From: Candidatus Uhrbacteria bacterium
GTDB lineage: Bacteria > Patescibacteriota > Patescibacteriia > UBA9934
NCBI GenBank assembly: GCA_943359525.1
Contig: CALRHV010000002.1
Location: forward strand, 25,040-89,039
DNA length: 64,000 nucleotides
Direction of reading: 5' to 3'
This document shows positions 1-8,930 of the stretch, in pieces. Made by a program: the position numbers and the translations under genes. Every line of letters starts with the position of its first letter. The first letter of the stretch is position 1. A model generated the notes under the pieces. It was not told where the DNA came from. It made no database searches and saw nothing but the letters and a program-made list of their open reading frames with translations.

Positions 1-907
1 GCAGATTTTCGCATCCCGTGGCCGAAGCTATCGCGATCTTCCGCTTCGGTACAGCGAGGTGACCACTGTGTATCGCGACGAAAACACTGGACAGCTCCAG
101 GGATTATCGCGTGTCCGATCGATCACCCAAGACGACGCACACGTGTTCTGTCGTCTCGATCAGGTAAAGGACGAGGCTCGTGCTATTGCGAACATCATCA
201 CGAAGTTCTACGAGGCATTTCAAATGCCACTGAAGGCGCGATTGTCCGTGAACGATCCTGAAAAGCCAGAAGCGTATCTTGGCGGAGCTGACGTGTGGGA
301 GAAGGCTGTAGGAACGTTGAAGGAGCTTCTCGCCGACATGAACCAGGAATACTTCCTTGGTGTTGGTGAGGCAGCATTCTACGGGCCAAAGATCGACTTC
401 ATCGCAACCGATGCGATTGGCCGTGAATGGCAGTTGGCAACTATTCAGCTCGACTTCAATCTCCCAGAACGATTCGAACTTGAATACGTTGACTCGAACA
501 ATGAGAAACAGCGCCCAGTGATGATTCACCGCGCCATTCTCGGCTCCCTCGAACGATTCATCGGAGTCATGATCGAGCACTTCGCCGGTGCCTTCCCAAT
601 GTGGCTTGCGCCAGAACAGATTCGCATCGCAACGGTCGCTGACGAGTTCGCAGACACCGCGAAGGCGATGAAAGCGAATCTTGAAGCGGCAGGCGTTCGC
701 GTCACGTTGGACGACGCTCCAGAAAAGGTTGGCAAGAAGATTCGCGATGCTGCCATGAACAAAGTCCCGTGGACCATCGTGGTTGGCGCAAAGGAGCGCG
801 ATGGGGGAGATATTCAGGTGAAAGTATTCGGAAGCGACGAAGCGCTCGTAATCCCACAATCCGAGATCGTGAATCGCGCAGTCGAGGCAGGAAAACTTCC
901 GGTCTAA
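1..907 (+). CDS. thrS: Threonyl-tRNA synthetase, C-terminal part (5' end outside window)
   Basis: Motifs GEAAFYGPKID, WQLATIQLDF, PVMIHRAILGSLERF and the anticodon-binding domain. Confidence 0.97.
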   Translation, partial: QIFASRGRSYRDLPLRYSEVTTVYRDENTGQLQGLSRVRSITQDDAHVFCRLDQVKDEARAIANIITKFYEAFQMPLKARLSVNDPEKPEAYLGGADVWEKAVGTLKELLADMNQEYFLGVGEAAFYGPKIDFIATDAIGREWQLATIQLDFNLPERFELEYVDSNNEKQRPVMIHRAILGSLERFIGVMIEHFAGAFPMWLAPEQIRIATVADEFADTAKAMKANLEAAGVRVTLDDAPEKVGKKIRDAAMNKVPWTIVVGAKERDGGDIQVKVFGSDEALVIPQSEIVNRAVEAGKLPV

Positions 908-910
908 GAT

Positions 911-948
911 AAAAAAATACACGGCTCGATCGAGCCGTGTGTTTTTTG
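911..948. terminator. Bidirectional intrinsic terminator
   Basis: A-tract, ACACGGCTCG/CGAGCCGTGT hairpin and T-tract between convergent genes. Confidence 0.8.
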
Positions 949-952
949 TATT

Positions 953-1306
953 CTACACTGCCATTTGTGCCTTGAGTGCATCGGCTTGTATGGCATCGAT
1001 GTCTTTGTTTGCACTTGCTTGAATTACAGCGGCGTCGATGTTGAGATCCTCTATTTCTTCATTGTACTCCGCTTGTGCGGCTGCTATTTCCTTGGTGAAT
1101 GCGTCGTTTGCTGCCTTAACCCTTGGATCTTGAGCGTCGACTTCGACTCCCATGGTTTTAAAGCCTGCGTCAATATAGGCCTGGAGCTCGTACTTAATTT
1201 CTGCAACGACGTCCTCTGTGGCTCCGTCGCTCAGAAGTTTGGTGAGTAAGCGTTCTTTGACGTCTTCTGCGAGTGGGGCGTTGCTCACGATGGTTTGAAG
1301 AGACAT
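953..1306 (-). CDS. Hypothetical acidic helical protein (~117 aa)
   Basis: ORF with ATG at 1306, just downstream of the preceding gene's stop. Confidence 0.7.
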   Translation of the reverse strand: MSLQTIVSNAPLAEDVKERLLTKLLSDGATEDVVAEIKYELQAYIDAGFKTMGVEVDAQDPRVKAANDAFTKEIAAAQAEYNEEIEDLNIDAAVIQASANKDIDAIQADALKAQMAV

Positions 1307-1316
1307 AGAGGAAAAA

Positions 1317-2774
1317 TTAAGCGACTGCTTCAGCGCGTTCTTGTGCTGCAGCTTTGTCCACCTCGCTAAGATCGTCGATAGCTTCCAAAATCTCATCATG
1401 AATTTCTGAATGTTCCGCAATAGTCTTGTCGGTGGTTAATGCAAGACGAATTTCATTCATGCTTCGTCCGAGCACCGTCTTTGCAATTTCCAAGCGAAGC
1501 TTCATTTTTTCCATGAATCCAACAGCTTTATCGAGCTTGTCGCTAAGCGCTTCCATGGTTGCTGTGTAGCGTTCCTTTCCTTTGGTCGATACTTCTCCCA
1601 TTTTTTCCCGCACAGCTTCTGCTCCAGCAATAGTGCCAAGGACTCCGCGTCGGCCAAGCTCATATCCAGCACCTGCGCCAAGAATTACCGCGCCTGCTCC
1701 AACGGCGGCAACGGTTCCCGCTCCTCTTCCAACTGCCTTTACTCCTCGAACGCCAGCTCGGCCTGCTGCTGCCGCACGTTCCTTGCCAGCGGCCGTGGCT
1801 TCTTTGAGGGCGATCTCCGCATCAAGCTTCCGCGCCCCCAGAATCATTATTGCATTCTCTGCCGCTGTTCTTGTTGCTTCGCTCTTTGATTTGAGAAGTT
1901 CTTTTGCGTTGGCGACTGCCGTATCGTACTTTTCCATTCTCGCGTCTATGGATTCAAGGGTTTCGTCGAATTTTCCAGATACAAGATCCTTCATGTCAGA
2001 TATTTTGAGTGCGGCGTCTGCACGAAGCTCTCCTGAGCGGATTTGCATATCGAGCTTTTTTGACTCAAGACTGCGCAGGGCATTTTCTGCGACGGTTCTT
2101 GCTCCCCCTTTCGCTCCCTCAAACGTAGCTCTCGCTTTGACTAACGCGCCTTCAAGTTCTTGTTTTTTCTCCTGTGAATATGCGGAAGCTCGTTCTTTTG
2201 CTTCTGTTCCTGCTTTCATGGCACGTCGACCGCCTTCCATTGCGAGGCCTGCGGCGCCAACGGCACCAGCAACGCCCAGTCCTACACCCATCATTCCAGC
2301 GGTTGCCGCGCCGCGTGCGATTGCCTTTGCGGGAGCAACCATGGTTGGCTCAATAAGATCATCGTAGACGAATCCCGCCACGCCTTTCGCTGCTTCTGGC
2401 ACACCTCGTACGCCGTCCATCATGGCTCCGCCAGTTTTTCGAACAGCGGTTCCTGCCTCCATGCCGAATCCAACGGCACCAAAGAGTGCTTGAGCTGCGC
2501 GATTCTTTATGGATTCCATTCGGCTGCGCATGCCAGCAAAAAAACCACCAAATCGTTCTTCTGCCGCGGCCTTCATTTCTGCAACTTTACGCTCACCTGC
2601 TTCTGTCATGGATTCGAGCTGTGCTTCTGCGTGTTCATGCGATTTCGTAGCACGTCCTTCTTCGTCCATTTCTAAGGTAAGAGGATTTTCAACTTCTGTT
2701 GGCTTCTCCGCTCTTGGCACTCGTGCCGCAAGTTCTTCGCTTCGGCGCGCTACTTCATTGTGGGACATAAGCAT
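1317..2774 (-). CDS. Hypothetical Ala/Gly/Lys-rich helical protein with internal repeats
   Basis: Long ORF with repeated segments AENALRSLESKKLDMQI / AENAIMILGARKLDAEI and two GA-rich hydrophobic stretches. Confidence 0.75.
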   Translation of the reverse strand: MLMSHNEVARRSEELAARVPRAEKPTEVENPLTLEMDEEGRATKSHEHAEAQLESMTEAGERKVAEMKAAAEERFGGFFAGMRSRMESIKNRAAQALFGAVGFGMEAGTAVRKTGGAMMDGVRGVPEAAKGVAGFVYDDLIEPTMVAPAKAIARGAATAGMMGVGLGVAGAVGAAGLAMEGGRRAMKAGTEAKERASAYSQEKKQELEGALVKARATFEGAKGGARTVAENALRSLESKKLDMQIRSGELRADAALKISDMKDLVSGKFDETLESIDARMEKYDTAVANAKELLKSKSEATRTAAENAIMILGARKLDAEIALKEATAAGKERAAAAGRAGVRGVKAVGRGAGTVAAVGAGAVILGAGAGYELGRRGVLGTIAGAEAVREKMGEVSTKGKERYTATMEALSDKLDKAVGFMEKMKLRLEIAKTVLGRSMNEIRLALTTDKTIAEHSEIHDEILEAIDDLSEVDKAAAQERAEAVA

Positions 2775-2915
2775 GTTCAAAAATAAATACCAGTACATTG
2801 TATCAAGAATGCATATATTTCGTGGGAAAATCTGTGCACAACAAGAACACCCAGCCTGTGAGGGCCGGGCGTTCGTCGTGGTTAGCGTTTCGATGTATTT
2901 GACCGATTGTCGCTT

Positions 2916-3161
2916 TTACGCGACGCCGGCGCTGTTCCAGTCACTTCGTATCTCGGCGGGAATCGACCGTGCAACGCTCCAGGCCTTTCGAATCCTGCCG
3001 AGGAGGCGTTTCCACCGGTTCGGAGTCGACTTGATGGGTTCGGCGATCGATTCTATTTCATGGTCGCTTCGGCTGTAAGCGGCCTCGCCGCTGGTCTGAT
3101 CGGTGTCGGGAAGATTCTGGGCGGATCGGCCGCCTTGGATGATACGAAAGGCTGTTGGCAA
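2916..3161 (-). CDS. Hypothetical protein (81 aa)
   Basis: ORF preceded by AGGAG and a sigma70-like promoter (TTGCCC-17-TAATAT, about 3221-3249). Confidence 0.5.
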   Translation of the reverse strand: MPTAFRIIQGGRSAQNLPDTDQTSGEAAYSRSDHEIESIAEPIKSTPNRWKRLLGRIRKAWSVARSIPAEIRSDWNSAGVA

Positions 3162-3269
3162 TGGAGCTCCTAGTCTGGCTGGTAAATCTCGACGCCGAAT
3201 CGGTCCGCCGAGAAACAGCTGATATTAGCAGAAAAATAGAAATTGGGCAAATGTGCTACTCTTTCCCGT

Positions 3270-4262
3270 ATGAAAAATCTCCCACAAATCATTGCTGTTG
3301 TTGGCCCAACCTGTTCCGGAAAAACCGGAATCGGCATTGCCTTGGCAAAACATTTTGGTGGGGAAGTGATCTGCGCCGATAGCCGAACCGTGTACAAAGG
3401 CATGGACATCGGCACCGCGAAGCCGGAGGCGGATTCTGGCCTCCCCCCATTTATGGGGGGATCGAGGGGGGCTATCGATGAAGGCGATTCGATACTCGGA
3501 ATCGATTCATTGTTCACCTCCCGTCCCCGCATGGTCGAATCCATCCCTCACTGGGGCATCGATCTCGTCAATCCCGACGAAGTCTTCACGGTTTCCAAGT
3601 TTCAGGAATACGCTGATAAAAAGATCGCCGAAATCATCGGCCGCGGTCATGTTCCGATTCTTGTTGGGGGAACCGGCATGTATATTCGCGCCGTGCTCGA
3701 TCGTCCCAACTACGCCAACGCCGAGCCTGATGCCGTGCTCCGTTCCGAGCTCGAAGCGATGTCAGACAACGAGCTCCTCGAGGAGATCGCATCACGTGAT
3801 CCCGACACCGCGTCCACGATCGATGATCGCAATCGCCGTCGTCTTGTTCGTGCGCTGGAGATTCTTCGCACAACGGGGAAGACGCTCGCGGATCGTCAGG
3901 AATTTGGCGAACCGATCTACGACGCGCTTCAGATCGGCATCACAAAACCTCGCGAGCAGCTTTACGCCGCGATCGACCTCCGCGTGGACGAGATGATCGG
4001 TAAAGGCTTGGTTGATGAAGTTCGTAAGCTACGTGATCAATTCGGCGATGATTGCCCGGGAATGACGGGCATCGGGTATCGGCAGATTGCGGATTTCTTT
4101 CAAAAGAAGGAGCAGCTCCGTGACGCCGTCATCCGAATAAAATACGATAGTCATCATTACGCCAAGCGCCAGGAGACCTGGTTTCAGAGGGATTTGCGAA
4201 TTGTGTGGGTAAGTGACGTGTACGAAGCGAAGGAAAAAGCACACAATTTCCTTAAGCGCTAA
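3270..4262 (+). CDS. miaA: tRNA dimethylallyltransferase
   Basis: GPTCSGKT, ADSRTVYKGMDIGTAKP, LVGGTGMY and YAKRQETWF motifs. Confidence 0.96.
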   Translation: MKNLPQIIAVVGPTCSGKTGIGIALAKHFGGEVICADSRTVYKGMDIGTAKPEADSGLPPFMGGSRGAIDEGDSILGIDSLFTSRPRMVESIPHWGIDLVNPDEVFTVSKFQEYADKKIAEIIGRGHVPILVGGTGMYIRAVLDRPNYANAEPDAVLRSELEAMSDNELLEEIASRDPDTASTIDDRNRRRLVRALEILRTTGKTLADRQEFGEPIYDALQIGITKPREQLYAAIDLRVDEMIGKGLVDEVRKLRDQFGDDCPGMTGIGYRQIADFFQKKEQLRDAVIRIKYDSHHYAKRQETWFQRDLRIVWVSDVYEAKEKAHNFLKR

Positions 4263-4272
4263 TGCTTTTGGT

Positions 4273-4998
4273 ATGGTTGACGGAAACCTGAACAGACTTC
4301 CTCAAGCGGATTACCACAATCGGCCGAAGATCGGTTTGCCAGATATTCCTCCGAACACAGAACGAATGGACGACACCGCTGGTGCGCCAATGCTTCCGCC
4401 AAACGAACATCTTGGTGCTTCCGACGAAGTCGCTTTCCGTTCTCGTGACCGCGCTAAAACCGATGCCGCACGTGCAGAATCGGTGAGAGGCGGATTGCGT
4501 GGCCCAGAATCGGTTTCAGCGCAGCCTGCGGTGTTGGTTGCACAACGAGACGCGTTGAATGCGCAACTTCGAGATCTTCGTCTGGAACGCAAAAACGCCG
4601 ATGGAATTTTTGTGCGATTTTCTAAAGCTGGTCGCGATCGTCTTGCTGCCCTCGACCGTGCAATTAGCGAAACGCGGTCTCAGCGTGATGAGGCTGAATC
4701 ACAGATCGAGGCAATGCTGCCGGCGGAAAAACAGGTGACCACGCACGCCGGGCGTGTTCAGACCGCACGAGAAAAGATTGGTGAAGTGTTGGCGGCGATT
4801 GCTCCTCGGAAGGAAGAGGGACATCGGGCACACGAAGTGGCTCCACGCGAACAGCTCCGTGCCGATCGTGAAGCCTTGAGTTCAGAGTTGCTTACGCTCC
4901 GATTCTGGCAGTTCCTCCGCAAACAAGAAATCGTTCAGGAAATGAAGCGAATCGACCTTGCCATGTCGAGGATCATCAACGCGGAACGCAGTCATTAA
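4273..4998 (+). CDS. Hypothetical coiled-coil protein
   Basis: ORF filling the miaA-gatB gap with heptad-like charged segments. Confidence 0.6.
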   Translation: MVDGNLNRLPQADYHNRPKIGLPDIPPNTERMDDTAGAPMLPPNEHLGASDEVAFRSRDRAKTDAARAESVRGGLRGPESVSAQPAVLVAQRDALNAQLRDLRLERKNADGIFVRFSKAGRDRLAALDRAISETRSQRDEAESQIEAMLPAEKQVTTHAGRVQTAREKIGEVLAAIAPRKEEGHRAHEVAPREQLRADREALSSELLTLRFWQFLRKQEIVQEMKRIDLAMSRIINAERSH

Positions 4999-6479
4999 TC
5001 CTTCAGTGCCTTCTTCAGTGCCTCCGTCGCCGTTGCGGGATCCGCATTTCCTTTAGCGGCTTTCATCACTTGGCCAAGAAGGAACGGGAAGAGCTTTTCT
5101 TCGCCGTTTTTGAATCGTGCAACTTCAGCCGCGTTCTTTTCGATAACGTCGGCCACGATGGAGTCGATCACGGATGAGTCATCGATCGACAATGCACCGA
5201 CAACGTCCATTGCTTCAGATACTCCAAGATGACGGAATTCCATTTGCGCAAGCACTTCGAGTCCTTTCTGTGCGGTAAGTTTTCCGTTCGCGATGAGTGC
5301 AAGGAATTTTGCAAAGCGTTCTGGTGTTGTTTTCGCGTCGGTGATCGATCGCCCCTCATTTGCAAGGACGCTTCCGAACTTTGTGAGAATCCAACTACTC
5401 ACAAGCTTTGCGAGATCGGTAGATGCCGATGCCGCAGATCCAATCTCAGATCGGAGCTCGCTTATTGTTGCCTCAGTAAAATTGGCGAGGTCAGCGTCGT
5501 CCACGATCTGTTTTGCGACGTCGGGTTTGAATCCGTATTCCTCAATGAACCGCGAACGCTTTGCGCGGGGGAGTTCTGGGAGATTCCGTTTAATCTCTAC
5601 AGTAAACTCGCGAAGATCGAGTGGTGGAATGTCTGGTTCCGGGAAGTAGCGATAGTCCGCCGAATCCTCTTTTGTGCGCTGGGCGTCGGTGGTTTGGGTG
5701 GTGTCGTTCCATCCGCGTGTTGTGGTAATCATCGGTGGTGTTCCGGCTTCCCACAATGCGGTCTGGCGGGCGATTTCATAATCGACTGCGCGTTCGATAG
5801 CACGGAAGGAATTGATGTTCTTGATTTCCGTTTTAGGATTCATCGGTCCGATCGGTGCGCCGTTCTCATCAACCTCGCGCAACGAAACGTTCACGTCGCA
5901 TCGTAAATGACCGCGCTCAAGATCGCCTTCGGAAATACCGAGAGTCCGAACAAGAAGTCGCATTTCTTGAACATACGCCTTTGCTTGCGCGGAATTTCGG
6001 AAGTCTGGTTTGGTGACGATCTCACATAGCGGTACGCTCGAACGATTAAAATCCACGTACGTTTTGCCGTCGTCGCCATGAATATTTTTCGCAGAGTCCT
6101 CTTCAAGATGCATGCGCTCAATACCAATGCGAACCGCGCCTTCGCTGGGGACGTCGATGACAAGTTCGCCGTTCTGCATGACGGGAAGATCAAACTGAGA
6201 AATCTGATACGCCTTTGGAAGATCCGGATAGAAATAGTGTTTTCGATCGAATTTTGAGTGTTCCGTAATCGTGCCGTTCAAGGCGAGACCGAGGAGAACA
6301 GCGTGGCGCAGCGCTGCGGCATTTGGCACCGGAAGCGTGCCCGGATGGCCGGTACAGATTGGGCAAACGTGCGTGTTTGGCAACGCACCCTCGTCGTGAG
6401 CATTACAGCCACAAAACATCTTCGTTTTGGTGCTGAGCTCAACGTGGGTTTCTAGGCCAATAACGGGTTGGAGTCGCAT
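4995..6479 (-). CDS. gatB: Asp/Glu-tRNA amidotransferase subunit B
   Basis: VIGLETHVEL, FDRKHYFYPDLPKAYQISQ and DYRYFPEPD motifs. Confidence 0.98.
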   Translation of the reverse strand: MRLQPVIGLETHVELSTKTKMFCGCNAHDEGALPNTHVCPICTGHPGTLPVPNAAALRHAVLLGLALNGTITEHSKFDRKHYFYPDLPKAYQISQFDLPVMQNGELVIDVPSEGAVRIGIERMHLEEDSAKNIHGDDGKTYVDFNRSSVPLCEIVTKPDFRNSAQAKAYVQEMRLLVRTLGISEGDLERGHLRCDVNVSLREVDENGAPIGPMNPKTEIKNINSFRAIERAVDYEIARQTALWEAGTPPMITTTRGWNDTTQTTDAQRTKEDSADYRYFPEPDIPPLDLREFTVEIKRNLPELPRAKRSRFIEEYGFKPDVAKQIVDDADLANFTEATISELRSEIGSAASASTDLAKLVSSWILTKFGSVLANEGRSITDAKTTPERFAKFLALIANGKLTAQKGLEVLAQMEFRHLGVSEAMDVVGALSIDDSSVIDSIVADVIEKNAAEVARFKNGEEKLFPFLLGQVMKAAKGNADPATATEALKKALKD

Positions 6480-6485
6480 ATCGGA

Positions 6486-7265
6486 CTACTCTACAGCCGG
6501 AGAGGTCGAGAGGTAAAGCACCGTGTGGGCAATGACGACTGGCGGCAAAAGGGCAATTTGAAGCACAACGAGAACGGCATCAAGCCACAGCGGAGTTCTG
6601 CCTATGGCGAGCGCGGTGGGGCTCACGCCGGTCACGAATGCACCAAAGAAGAGGACGGCTGCGCCAAGGGCGAAATAGACGACGAGGAATGCTGCGACGA
6701 TGGCGAACAGTCTCCAGCCAACGGCCGCGATTTGATGTTGAACGCGTGTTTTTGATGCGGCGAGCGCAGAGATTGGTCCGTGGCCACGAAGCACAACTTC
6801 TTCAAGCGTGAACGTGAAGAGAATCGTTGCAATGATTCCAGGAATGATGAAGAGAAAATATCCCGCCGCTTGAATCACGCCAGAAAGCAAAGTTGCGAAC
6901 AAAAGTGCCCCAAGAACGCTCGCGGCATGAGTGCCGATACTTCGGGGATCGTGGTCCTTTTTTGGATGAGCTGTCTTTAAGCTGATGAGTGTGCTGATTG
7001 CTGCAGCGGCCCAGCACGACATCGCAATAAAAAGCACGCTCACTGTGCTCTGTGCTGCAAGGCCCAGTGTTCCAGGAATTCCTTGAACACCAATGGAAAG
7101 AATGAGTGGGAGTAGGAGATACGCCGTGAAGCCATAGGCGTCGGATGCGTAGCGTTTTGTGAGAGTCGCGCTATAGAGCACGATGTCGAAAGCGCTTGGA
7201 AGATTTTTTTCGTTGAGCGGTTCGCTTTCGTTATTTGGAGCGGTATTATTTTCTGGTGCTGTCAT
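6486..7265 (-). CDS. Multi-pass membrane protein
   Basis: About 6 hydrophobic helices; resembles the adjacent ORF (AL..S...V...W motif). Confidence 0.75.
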   Translation of the reverse strand: MTAPENNTAPNNESEPLNEKNLPSAFDIVLYSATLTKRYASDAYGFTAYLLLPLILSIGVQGIPGTLGLAAQSTVSVLFIAMSCWAAAAISTLISLKTAHPKKDHDPRSIGTHAASVLGALLFATLLSGVIQAAGYFLFIIPGIIATILFTFTLEEVVLRGHGPISALAASKTRVQHQIAAVGWRLFAIVAAFLVVYFALGAAVLFFGAFVTGVSPTALAIGRTPLWLDAVLVVLQIALLPPVVIAHTVLYLSTSPAVE

Positions 7266-8130
7266 AGAGATAGTACGTGGTCAGGCTGTAGAGCGGCATG
7301 ATAATGGCAAGAACAATAAAAACGCTGAGGGTGAGCGCAACGGAAATGAGTGTAATTGCGAGTGGAGAGAGTGAAGCTGCTGCGAAGGAGATGAGCACTG
7401 TTGCTGCAAGATTTGTTGTTGCGGTAATTCCGTATGCGATTAAGCCGATAATCAAGCTTGGAACAACAAGGCGAAGTGCGACTGCCCACCACCGACCCTT
7501 TACGGACTTTCGTGATGCGGCGAGCGCGTTTCGGAGTGCCTTGAGGGAGAATCGGGTATTCTCAGACTCGAGGAGCAAGAAGTATTGCGAAAATGCAAGT
7601 TCGACGCTGTATTTTACGAGTGTGTATCCTGCCGCGAGAATTCCAGCAAAGAGGACGATGACTCCAAAAATGCCAAGCGCTGTTCCCGCAGCGCCAGGAA
7701 GATGGTTGAGCATCGTAATTGCGAGACCTGGAAGGAGAAAAAGTCCTGCCGCAAGGCTGAGTCCAAGCGCGATGCAGATGGAAAGAACAAAGAAAGAAAG
7801 TAAATATTTCCACGACTTTTTTCCGAGCGCGACATGGTCAGGTGTTGATCCCTTTGCGCGAGCATCGATAGTGAAAATAAGACAGACGCTCGTCCAGAGT
7901 CGCGCAAGAGTCACGGTGACAAGTCCAATGAAACTGACAAGGAGGTACGTGACGACTTCGTTGGTTGGTGTGTACTCGTCAACGCCAAATGGCGCGAGGT
8001 ATCCGGCAAACAAGAATGGCATCGCTGCAACCACGAGCCAGAGGCTGATGCCAATGAGTTCTTTGAAATGTAATCGGTAATGTTCAACGGTGTGATCGAT
8101 GAGAGAACCGAGAGTGATGAGATTCGGCAT
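7246..8130 (-). CDS. Multi-pass membrane protein (glycerophosphodiester-PDE membrane-domain-like)
   Basis: Hydrophobic helices, ALAASRKSVKGRWW motif, C-terminal YYLY. Confidence 0.75.
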   Translation of the reverse strand: MPNLITLGSLIDHTVEHYRLHFKELIGISLWLVVAAMPFLFAGYLAPFGVDEYTPTNEVVTYLLVSFIGLVTVTLARLWTSVCLIFTIDARAKGSTPDHVALGKKSWKYLLSFFVLSICIALGLSLAAGLFLLPGLAITMLNHLPGAAGTALGIFGVIVLFAGILAAGYTLVKYSVELAFSQYFLLLESENTRFSLKALRNALAASRKSVKGRWWAVALRLVVPSLIIGLIAYGITATTNLAATVLISFAAASLSPLAITLISVALTLSVFIVLAIIMPLYSLTTYYLYDSTRK

Positions 8131-8169
8131 ATTTGAGAAGAAATCGATGATGACGTCAGTATATCAGGA

Positions 8170-8595
8170 TTACCCCGTCGTTCCGAACCCGCCGCGATTC
8201 ACGATAGACCAATCGGTTGGCTCAACGAACTGTGCGCGAGTGATGGGGACGAACATTCCTTGAGCAATGCGTTCGTCGGATTCTACGACGTATGGCTCGT
8301 CTCCGATGTTGTGGAGCATGAGCTTCAATTCGTCATTCGGTCCGCAGTAGTCGGAATCGATCACGCCCGTGCCGTTTGCAAGGCGAACGCCTTTCTTTCC
8401 ATTGCTTGATCGGGGAAGGAGGAGAAGGACGTGATCATTCGGAACATTCACGACGAGTCCGGTTGCAAAGAACGCTCGTTCGTTTGGTGCGAGTGTCTTG
8501 CCCTCGATGACTGCAAGATCGAATGCACACGCGCCAGGCGTTTTGTATTCTGGAAACGGAACGTTTGGGTGTAATCGTCGAATCGCAATTTCCAT
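8170..8595 (-). CDS. dut: Trimeric dUTPase
   Basis: AFDL, PRSS, GVIDSDY, RIAQ and RGGFGTTG motifs. Confidence 0.95.
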   Translation of the reverse strand: MEIAIRRLHPNVPFPEYKTPGACAFDLAVIEGKTLAPNERAFFATGLVVNVPNDHVLLLLPRSSNGKKGVRLANGTGVIDSDYCGPNDELKLMLHNIGDEPYVVESDERIAQGMFVPITRAQFVEPTDWSIVNRGGFGTTG

Positions 8596-8638
8596 AGCGT
8601 ATCGACTGTACTCGATCGCGTGCCGATTATCGAGCGTT

Positions 8639-8665
8639 TTATCCACTCCTCATTCCTTATCCACA
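8639..8665. promoter_or_regulatory. Putative DnaA boxes in the dut / DHFR-thyA divergent region
   Basis: TTATCCACA at 8657-8665, TTATCCACT at 8639-8647, and also ATATCCACA at 8876-8884. Confidence 0.4.
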
Positions 8666-8747
8666 CAGTTTCGTTGACCCTCATTTTTTTCCGTGTACAG
8701 TGCGAAGCAAATCACGCGGCTGCCATGCTTGGCCGCGTGATTTTTTT

Positions 8748-8872
8748 AAGAACTTCCTCCTTTGGTCGATTTTGGGCTTGCATCATCGCAAATTCGCTCA
8801 CCGTACCGAGAAGTACGCCTCGCGAGATTTGCTCGACGCGCACCCAAGCTCGCCGCAAATGAGAAAGTTCTT
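8748..8872. repeat. 125-bp hairpin/MITE-like element, family E copy 1
   Basis: Terminal inverted repeat AAGAACTT...AAGTTCTT with core CGTACCGAGAAGTACG shared with copies at 29407 and 49384. Confidence 0.75.
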
Positions 8873-8930
8873 ATCATATCCACAGAATCCGTTGGTCGGT
8901 CGGGGAACGGGCTGATACCATCGAATCACT

